DNA from: Vermamoeba vermiformis
Taxonomy: Eukaryota
Reading direction: 5' to 3'
Length of the DNA stretch: 64,000 bases
Assembly: GCA_045837725.1 (NCBI GenBank)
Contig: JBEWZL010000152.1
Span: 496,001 to 560,000 of the forward strand
Shown: piece after piece, positions 53,860-63,203 of the stretch
Layout: every line of letters begins with the position of its first letter
Position numbering within the stretch: the stretch's first letter is position 1
Program-made: the position numbers and the translations under genes
Notes under the pieces: generated by a model
Database searches by the model: none
What the model was told of the DNA's origin: nothing
Seen by the model: the letters and a program-made list of their open reading frames with translations, nothing else

Positions 53860-55568
53860 ATGAAGCTAATTATATTTATACTTTGCGCTTTATCAGTCTA
53901 CGCTCAAGAATGTGTACCAGGTTACACTTACGACGCTAGTTTCAGTGGTTTAAACTTCACGTGCTCCATATCGGGCAGTTGGACTTTTATTCGTGGTCGT
54001 CAGACATACTTCAACGGCTGGCTTGAAGGTCCAAACGAAGGACCTTGCTTGTTCTACTCATCCGGATTACCATCTCAAATTTCAATAACCGTCAATAATA
54101 ATGCGTTTGTGGACGGAAAACAATCGTACGCTCAATATTGCTATATTACCAATTTTCTAATTTATTTTTAGAACGTGGTCTTGCTACGGAGGTCATTCGT
54201 TAGTGTTGGATGTGCCCGCAGATTTACCTTTAGGTGAATCTACTTGGACGCTCATTGTTAGTCGTAACAACGTGGTCAATTATACAATGTGCTCGCATAT
54301 TCGCATCATAGACGTTCCCAAGGTGCCTCGAAATCCAGTTGACAAATCGAATCTAACGGTGCCCGCTCTCGAACTATGGGAGGCACATATGATCAAGTAT
54401 GCTGATAAATATTGCCAGATTAGTGGATGTTGTTGGGAAGGCGCATCGTGGTATTATGATGGAGTTAAAGTGTACCATCAAATCCGCGATTACTTTGGCA
54501 ACGATTCGTACATACCTTGCATCGAATCCCATCGAGACTACTTCGAATATGTTCTTTCTACTAAAGGTGCGTACCATGAATGTTCTCTGGATCTCATCTC
54601 GAGATTTGTTTTTAGGAGGATTTGGTGGTTGGAGAGTTTTTCCTCATGGCTTGTACCTCGAGTATATTCGAACCGGAAACGAGTCTTATAGGGACGGTGT
54701 CTTGTTCTTGGGCAACAATTCAGCGTTGGCGAATAGCGGAGGGGACGCATCTGCAGACAATAACCGAGAGACTGCCTATCTAATCCATACCTACAATATG
54801 ATGTCTAAATTAGGTGTGGATGTTCCTAAGAGAGAAAAAGCGATCCAAAACGCCATCGGTCACGTCGATCAGTGGTTCATCTCCAAACAACCGTTCTTGA
54901 TCCAGTCTTTCATGGTGGGCTTGACTTGCGACGCTTTTATCGAGTACTGGGAAGAAACTAAAGATGAACGAGTCCCTTGGATAGTCCAAATTGCACTTGA
55001 AGGGTAAGTGTCAAACAAAAGATCGTAATCCGTTGTACTTTTTAATTGTTTCTTCCAGACTTTGGGATGTATTTTACAACGAGACTGACCGAACATTGAA
55101 TTACAATACCGAGTCACTGACATCGTACTATGATCTGAACTTGATTCTCGCACACGAATTTATTTGGTTGTGGGCTTATACCGGAAACACTACGTATCGG
55201 GACCGAGGAGATATTTTATTCGAAACTGGCGTCCAAAATGCCTACTTGGGTACGTAAATCAATACTTATTTTCAAGCGGAGTTAACAAATTTTTTAACAG
55301 ATGGTGGAAAACAATTCTCGCAAAACTACGTAAGAATGAAAACACACTCACTACCATGTTCTAATTTTTTTTAAAGAGAAATTCGTTCAAGTTTGTTAAG
55401 TGGAGACAAGATCCGGATTTGATATCCGGTGCAGCAGGACCAATTTCGCCCTCTGTCTCACCCTCTGGCAAAACTGTTAAATCAAGTGCAGGAAAGAGAG
55501 AAATCAGTTCTGTTCTGGCATTTTCTGCCTTAGTACTCGTTTCTTGCTCCCTTGTGTTAATTTCTTAG
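53860..55568 (+). CDS. Secreted, probably GPI-anchored protein with a bacterial-like alpha/alpha-toroid domain
   Basis: Signal peptide MKLIIFILCALSVYA; beta-rich N-domain; helical domain WYYDG..VY..I.DY, FPHGL, RETAY, FMVGLT..A.I.Y, DLNL..A....WL...TG...YRD.GD.LF..GV, KQFSQNY; hydrophobic C-terminus SSAG...SVLAFSALVLVSCSLVLIS*. Confidence 0.65.
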
Positions 55569-55577
55569 ATCGAACAC

Positions 55578-55680
55578 TGTAACGTGTAAGGGCAAAGCCT
55601 AGCTGGATATATATACGAATATTAAAACTAATTAAATAAATAAAAGGGTTAAACACGATGACGTGTTATGTTTACTATCA
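55578..55680. repeat. Possible short LTR or transposon terminus (TGT...CA)
   Basis: Starts TGTAACG 9 bp after the upstream stop, contains TATATATA and AATAAA, and ends ..ACTATCA, followed by GTGCGAGCC. No second copy in the window. Confidence 0.3.
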
Positions 55681-55749
55681 GTGCGAGCCGTAATTGACCA
55701 AGGGTGAATTAAGTGCGGAACTGTGCAAAGGAACGAACAGACGTACGAT

Positions 55750-56160
55750 TCACACTGACAGGTTCATTATTTTAGCCAAAAATGATTTGCCATTATCTGA
55801 CTGTAGTATTTCAGGGAACTGAAGCTCATTCAAGAAGAGTTCGAAGATGTAATGCACAATTGGCTCTACCTCTTGAGTTGGAAAGCACTTGGCCCAGGCA
55901 AATTTCGAGAAACAATCAATGATAGTGAGCATATGGCAGTCGCCTGTGATGGGGTCTGCATATTCGAAGCTAGTGAAGTCGATTTGAAGCCATTCCAAGA
56001 TCCGATCAGCAGTTATTGGCTTAGTTGGTGGCTTTGGAATTCCAGTACATATTTTCATCATGGCACAATGTTCACACTTGTCAATGAATGTGTTGACATC
56101 GTTGGTAAGTCCAACCCAATAGTATTTGGCTTGTAGTTCGTAAATCATGGTGTTTAGGGC
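55750..56160 (-). pseudogene. Truncated Ginger/gypsy-type (rve) integrase fragment
   Basis: KYYW.GL..DV..FI..CEHC (half of the HHCC finger), LQIDF, LTIIDCFSKFAWA, ILQSDNGKSF. The N-terminal His pair and the third catalytic residue are missing. Confidence 0.85.
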
Positions 56161-56414
56161 CAGGGCTGGCCACTTTTTTAAAATAAAATTGTACTTCAAA
56201 CATGGGTAACCTTGTTCTTGGTGCAGCAGGAGGGCGTCAGACCGTCTGACGGCCTAGGGATGGGGGGTGCGTCAGACGGTCTGACAGCCTCAGGTGCAAA
56301 GGCATTGCACATGCACCTGCACCCTCAGTCATGCACTGCAACAGCAAAGGGTGCAGACGGTCTGACGGCCTTGGACAGGGGGGGGGTGCGTCAGATGGTC
56401 TGATGGCCTAGGGA
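56161..56414. repeat. Putative DNA-transposon left end: CAGGGCTGGCCA terminus plus four palindromic GTCAGAC-N-GTCTGAC subterminal repeats
   Basis: The integrase homology stops at ~56160. Repeat copies are at 56236, 56271, 56353 and 56390, each followed by (G/A)GCCT, and are arranged as two pairs each joined by a G-run+TGC. Confidence 0.6.
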
Positions 56415-56720
56415 TTAAACGATAACTATTGTAAAATCAAATAAATGCGTTATAGATTATTTATAAATAATTAACTATTTAATCTATCGTAATATTGTGT
56501 TAAAATGATAGTCACTCATGGATCTGACCGCCGAATCTAGGCAACGGCAGATCGCGAAAAAATTTATTCACTAAAAAGGGACCTGTTTTAAAGACTTACA
56601 TCCTAAGCTTAGACTTAGCAGTTTCCAAAATATGACGCTTATTTGAGGTGTTTGTGCGGAGAATCGGCCCTGAACTTTTTGATTTTGGATCAAAGACCGA
56701 CGTAGTCAACCACAAGAAAA

Positions 56721-57928
56721 ATGACTGACCGCATTGTTTATGATTATGTTAATGTTCCTTATGGGAAACCTATGGAAGAGACGATTGATTTACCTGCCCT
56801 GACGGAAGAGGATTTAAAAGAGTATCGGACCGTAACGACAAGGTAATAAATAATTTTAAATAATTTAATATTGGTAAAATATCAATCTTCCGTTGACCCA
56901 ATGAAATATTATGATTTGCCAATTATTATTTTAATTCTTTAATTTTTTTTAGCACCGTTTTCAAGGACGATTACGGCAGTACTGCCATAGCTTTTTTCCA
57001 AGGGGTGCTCGAGAAAAAGACTGTCGATGACGCCAAAAAAGCTGCCCAGTCGTTATTAAAAAATTTAAAGCCATCTCAACCTGGGACTAGCGCGCATACA
57101 GGCGAATGGCGAAAGAGCAGCGATTGGATATTCAAAACCAAAGACACAGTCAACGGTGAAGAGTACTACAAACGAGTTAACCGAAAGCCCTTTTGGCAGA
57201 ATGCTGCCACAAAAAAGATCGTCAAAAAAGTTGATAACTACTTTTCAAGAACAGCGAGCGATTTATGCGAGGCATATAAAAGAATCAACGCAGAACGCAT
57301 TTACGGAGGCTCGTACCTCATGTGCGTTATCAACACTGGGGTAGTTGGGCCTCATTACGACGAGAAAGACGAAATTGAAGGACTTTGCTGTGTCGTTCCA
57401 ATGGGCGTATTTGATGGTGGCGACCTGGTGTTCCGACAACAGAAGCTTCGTTTTCAAGTACGAACAGGAGACATCATCTTCTTCCGCTCTCGCGAGTTGA
57501 TGCACGAGAACTTACCTTGCACCGGAGAGCGATATTCGTTAGTCTTCACTACTGACCACGACTCGTTTACGGAATTTGGTCAACCTGCTCGTCAGTACAT
57601 GCATTGGAAGCAACCAAAGTTAAACAGTCACGCCACTATTGAAGCACAAGGATTCAAACCCGAAGACGTACCCGAGTTACGCAAAACAAAGGTTGTTGTT
57701 ATCGACAAGGTGTACACAAAACTAACGCGTGCAAATACACCACGAACAAAATTTGGTACGTTAAAGCTACCCTCACAAGATGGAAACCCAAGGGCACCAA
57801 TTTCTCTTCGAAAAAATGCCAAGAAAAAAAAGAAGGCAACGAAGAGAAAGAGAAAAGAGATCGACGATGACGAGAGCCATTCTGAAGAAATATTGCTCGA
57901 AACAAAAAGACGGCGTATACAAAAATAA
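56721..57928 (+). CDS. TET/JBP-family 2OG-Fe(II) dioxygenase with basic C-terminal tail (2 exons)
   Basis: IN....PHYDEKD (HxD), LCCVVPMGVFDGGDLVF, GDIIFFRSRELMHENLP (distal His), RYSLVF (RxS 2OG-binding); NLS-like KKKKKATKRKRK. The intron (~56843-56952) keeps the frame. Confidence 0.82.
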
Positions 57929-57929
57929 T

Positions 57930-59270
57930 TTATTTGTTACGATAAAAGAAGAACGATAATAAATTGTTAATTTCCATTTGGTATTGATTACGAGTGTAGA
58001 GCTCTTTCATATAATAAAATAAATCCAAATTATTCGGCAAAGTTGACAAATTAGCTGATGCTAGTGGAAGCGAGGGCAGCAATTGGGGAGGTAATGAAGG
58101 TTGAGGCATGCTGAGCGACTGGGCATTATTTTGACTTTGCAAGTCGGGGGTCTTAAGCGGTGGCAACAGGGCTGGCTCATTGTCTACTGACCTCGGCAGA
58201 GGTAACAATGACTCCTCGTGACCCTCCTCTTGCTTTGTCTCAGGAGGAGTTTGAACCAACTTCTTTTTTTGCTTGTACCGCCTCTTGGTGAGCTTATATT
58301 CACCTGATGCATCATCGCTTATAGAACGATCAACAACAACACGTGTCTTCTTTCTTCGGGTCATAGATTTTGACTTCGCAGCTGCCGTTGGACTTGCCGT
58401 CTTTTCATTTTTTCTTGCTCCTTGCGATCTTGTCACCCGTCGTTCAGGGCCAGGAGTGCTTTTTTGCTCTACTTTCTTTGTTACTCGGGCCTTTTCTTGT
58501 TTTGAGGGTGGTACTACTTCCTCTTTAGAATGTGTTCGTTCTGGTGAAGACTACTAGGATTAAAAATTTGTTAATTAATTTGAGCTTACTTTATGTGTGA
58601 CTTCTCCAGACAGAAATTGTTGCCAAATTGTCGTCAATTGTTCGTTTTGCTCGGTTGGGATTTGTGCCGGGTCTGAAAATTTTCTGAACTGCTTAACGTC
58701 AAGCAAACACACCTCGTCAAACTTTTCTGTTGTTGCAACTATCCTTGGACTTAAACCCTTTCAAACCGTAGTTACAAATTATAAAAATAATTAAAATAAT
58801 TGTTAAGTAATCGTTCTTACCCTTTCAATTGCTAAAATTATATATGTAGTGCTTCCTTCATTCAGTAGAATGCGATTGCCAGAACCAAGAGCAATTTTAG
58901 AGTTGGGAAGTAAAACAGAACCGTAGTAACGACCATTGATTGCACTTCCATTGTAGCGTGCAGTACTATGAAGTTCGTCTATCAAAGTTTAGCATGTGGC
59001 AACCCTATTATTTGCTTGTACCGCTATCTTCATCCTTTTTCACGTTGGATTTCTCTTCATCTAGTTTTTTTATTGATAAATTTGGCTTGGTTTCCTCTTT
59101 CAAAGTAGTTAAATCTGCTTCTTATATAATATATTAATTCGTCTAGTAGGTAAAAACATGTAACTTTTTTTTACAAGCCAGATCTTACCGAGAGCAACCT
59201 GAGTACTTGTTGGTAAATCATCATTCTTAGTAGTTTCTTCATTACTTATTGAGGACTCATCAGCACTCAT
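57930..59270 (-). CDS. Spliced gene of unknown function: acidic N-terminus, small beta-rich domain, K/R-rich and Pro-rich low-complexity C-terminus
   Basis: Five exons join in frame through GT-AG sites: MSADESS...|EADLTT...|DELHSTARYNGSAINGRYYGSVLL...IILAIER|GLSPRIV...|SSPERTH...FFFYRNK*. Confidence 0.62.
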
Positions 59271-59482
59271 TGTTATGGTTGTGTGTATCCCAATCAAAAC
59301 GTTACTATCATAAGTAGTTTTACTTTGCCGACATGCATTTTCGAAGCTTCCTTTCCTTTTTTGGAAATTCAACGAGCAATTTTTTCCCTGCTTTACCAAG
59401 CCTTCGTTAGCATTAAAATCAGGTAGAACCACCACAACATACTTTGGAAAGTGATATACTTGCAATATAATATCAAAATAAT

Positions 59483-62400
59483 ATGGCAGATAATATACTA
59501 GGTAAGATCTTAAGAGTTGCTGTTCGGATCTTGATTTCTAAATATTTTTTTACTTCGGCACATAACTTATCTTTTTTAACAAGATTAATTAAGTCTATAT
59601 CTTACCTCTGTTGTGTAATTGGCTAGGCAATTATGCAATGTCGGATTAAATCTGAGCATTTTTACATTAGGTATCGAAATCGAAGGAGCGACAGTAAGTT
59701 TTAAGCATTACGCACATGATTTTTAATTTATTTAGCCCATTCCAAGTGATTTACAAGGGTTTGTATGGGGATCCGGAGGTTGAACTATTTTGTTACAAGC
59801 ATAATTCTAACCGGTGTACAGGAATTATCAACTTGTGTACCATGGAAACATTGTGCTTTATATTTAAACAAGCCCTAGTGGTATACAACATGGTAGTTGA
59901 TTGTGAATTTTTTCGACTATTGCGCAACACTCTGGATGCCGTTACATTTGATCAACTACACACCAGTAAATTACCAATAATTCAGTTTTTCCAAAAGCTG
60001 TGTCCTACTTGGGTGCCAGGAAGATACGTTGGCGTAAATGAATTACTAAATCCTTTAATCAAATCGGAGCTTGTTTTCAAGACCAAATTTGAGCTTTGCT
60101 TCACCAAGTCAGTCAACTGTGATTGTGGCCAAGAAGTTCAAACTCTCTTTAGCAACTCTCTGGTGGTATCTGAAGATTACTTGAAACAAACAAATTCAGT
60201 TACTGCATCAATAAGAAGATCAATGTTTCGAGAGCAAAACTTAGCAGGTGTCTGTTGCTTTTGTCACTCACCAAGGCACTTGAAAGGTAGATAAACTGTT
60301 TCAAAACTAACTTTAACCAACCTTCTTTAGAATCAATAACAAAGCTTCCAGACTTGTTGGTTGTGGAGTTTGACACTGGACATCAAAACTATCTGTCTTC
60401 TACATTTGATATTGAACAAATTGTTCGCTTAGAAGATGGAGATTTTTCATTATTGAAGGCATTGAGAATTGATGGGAATCATACTACTGGATTCTTTCAT
60501 AAAAATGGTCGAGTGCATGTTTATGATGGCTTAAAAAATGAGGGTAAAGCAATGGAGCTGCAGTACTCTAAAATGCACTATCTACCCTTGGAAGATTTTA
60601 AATATATAACACACTTGATTTACATTCGTACTGCCAATTTTGCCAAAGGTAATAACATTAAATTCAAGCTTACTACTCTGTTGACATGCTAATGTACTTC
60701 TTAGACTTGGTTCTTTCAGATAGCAGTCAATTACTATTCTCACAAATCAATGCAGCAAAAAAACTCACTCCCCTTGGAGATAGTGGCTCAACCTCCAATG
60801 AATTGGCAACTGTCGAAGCTACCTCATTATTTAGTAGAATGAATCAAACAGTCAATAACACAAAGAGTAGCTCTTTGGCTAAACAATCCATGTTGAAAAA
60901 GAAGTTAACCCAAGAACATGCCTCAAAAAGTATGTGCATCTACCGTTAACTATAGAGCATAATGCTAAATACTGCTTTAGGTTTACGTTTTAAGTGCTGC
61001 ACAAATGAGTGCTGTTCTAAATTTGATCTATTCCAAGTCGTACATTATCGAAACCAATTACTACAAGACAACCATTTCAATTCGAACTTTATTAAATCCT
61101 ACATTCGACAACATGCCAACAACGAAACTATTTCTTGGCAATTTGGAGGGTTAGAAGTTTGTCAAGCAGCATGGTACACACTATATGGATTTTCGTCAGT
61201 TAAATTTTTTAAAGCAAAAAAAGAAGAATTACAAGGTAAACTCTGCATTACTTGAATTGTCATTAATATTGTTTAGGGTCTTATCAAGTGCTTCACGGGA
61301 ACTATTTTCGAGAATATCCAAAGCCAAAGAGTATTAGTGTAAGCGCATGGCTTACAAACTACTGTGAAAAGTATGGAGATTATGTTCCTACAATCAATGA
61401 AATACATTTAAGTGGCAATTTAAGGTAAGTAACGTTACAATTTGCTGTAAGCCTTTAATTGTATGTGCAAGTTTACAAGAGTGGTATGAAGAGTATCATG
61501 CTGAAGCATCAGTCACTTTGGGTGACGTAGCAAGTTTTAAAACCTTTTGCTATGTTCGTAATTCCCAATTTTCGCATGTGAAGTTTCCAAAAGTTACTAG
61601 ACTGGGCAAGTGCTCCATTTGTGTTTCAAATAGAAAATCAAGATTACTTTGTAGTAACCTTGAAGACATCATATCATTGAAATCTGAGTTAAAGGCACAC
61701 TTTAGCGTTACTGCCGGAGAAAAACAACAGTACCATGGCAGAAAGATAAAAGCCAGGCAATATCCAACTGCAATTTTGTCATTTATTAGTGATAAAACAA
61801 AAGATGTAGAAATTCCAACTACCAACCCTCTACCAAAATCATGGACAAGAGTAAAAAGACATCCAGTTGGAATTATGGGCATTTTAAATCATTCGTTAGG
61901 AACCAAAGAATTTGTTTTGTTTTCCCCAGAACAGTGGACCTTGGACTCAAACTTTTTTCTAACAATTTTACATAACTCGATTATGAACTCTCTAAAAGCT
62001 TACAAGGCAGAAAGGCCCAGAGTTTTATATATACAAACAGATAACTGCAGTGCAGAGTCAAAAAACCAGTATTTATTAGCATATTTGGCTCTACTAGTCG
62101 AGTACAAAATTTTCGATGAGATTTACTTCCACACTCTAATTCCTGGTCATACTCATGAAGATATAGACCAACTATTCAGCGTTCTGCACCAAAAATTAGA
62201 AACTGCTACTATTGAAACAATATCACAACTAATCAACTTCATGGAAACAAAAGTTTTCTCAAGTCGTCCAATTGTAACATGGATTCGAGCTGTGTATGAT
62301 TGGAAACAATGGATGTCTGGTTTTTGTAACAAAATATCTGGTCACAAATCACCACATGCTTTCTTAATTAAGAATGGTTCTGACTCTAAGGTGCACCTAT

Positions 62401-63135
62401 ATTATAAAAAGTACTCTCAAGATATGGAATGGTTGGGAGACCATAATCAAAATGTCATTTTCAATTCAAAACCTGCAGCATGGCCAAATATCCTTCATCA
62501 AAACCAGTTTGATCATGAAGCAATTAAAAAGATGGTAGATCAATGCAGGTCACACATCTCGGAAACGGTAAGTTTAAAACTTTGAAAAGCAATTAACAAC
62601 CTTTAGAGTGTTCAATGGTGGCAACATATTGATAAATCAGTTAAAGTCCTACCTTGTTTGTCAATTACACCCAATCCATTTGCTGATTTTCAAATATCTT
62701 CTGTTGTTCAACATGAATTCAAAGTTGTTTCAACACAAACACCAGTTATAAAAGTAACAAAACCTAGGCAAAAAAGAAAGCCAGAAGGTTTGTACTGTTT
62801 ATTATATAGAACGGTTCTAATCATTTCTAGATTGGCCTACAGGAGCTGTGAAAAAGCTTCGTTCTGCAAAAGTAAAGGATGATTTGTTGGATTTATTGGC
62901 AAGCCTTAGTAAATCCTTTGAAGCTAGTCTGCATTATCCTATTCCAACTCTACAACAATCTCTTCGCAACTTACTAGGGTTTGGATCTCCATTTATAACC
63001 AACATTTCAATGAACAAAGAGTTTGAAGAAGAAATTGGATCACTACGGTCAAGAATTGAAGCACTACAGTATTTACATACACTGTTAGAAGATTATGACA
63101 GCATTGTAAAAGATTTGAAGCTCAAAAAAAAGTAA
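59483..63135 (+). CDS. Sola1/DUF7869-like DDD transposase with N-terminal USP-like cysteine peptidase domain and Cys-rich region (multi-exon, apparently intact)
   Basis: Peptidase: HNSNRC, CDC/CCFC Zn ribbon, ITKLPDLLVVEF, GNH, YDG. Transposase: CC...CC, VCQAAW..LYG, HGN, W....GD..P, LGKCSIC, FISD, LYIQTDNCSAESKN, GHTHEDIDQLFS, YDWK.W. All introns from ~60288 onward keep the frame; the first exons are tentative. Confidence 0.82.
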
Positions 63136-63203
63136 ATTTGCCTTTATTTGGTTTTACATTAGTTGCCGTTAATGTTCAACGACTTTCGGTTCAAAGAGTA
63201 AAT

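Larger units (their letters stand above)
56161..63135. mobile_element. Composite DNA-transposon island carrying TET/JBP, an accessory gene and a peptidase-transposase
   Basis: Abuts a broken integrase on the left, contains a transposase, and is AT-richer and CpG-poorer over the transposase than host exons. No right-hand TIR or TSD was found, so the boundaries are provisional. Confidence 0.65.

Noticed and set aside
53400-53860. ORFs 53473-53673, 53600-53863 and the 5' extension of 53662-54171
   Set aside because: The signal peptide begins at ATG 53860; upstream frames have no support.
56236-56414. Palindromic repeats as a CRISPR array
   Set aside because: Only four short copies with irregular spacing, G-run linkers instead of unique spacers, eukaryotic context and no cas genes.
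63136-63203. Right-hand TIR/TSD for the transposon island
   Set aside because: No inverted match to 55578 or 56161 and no duplicated target site found.
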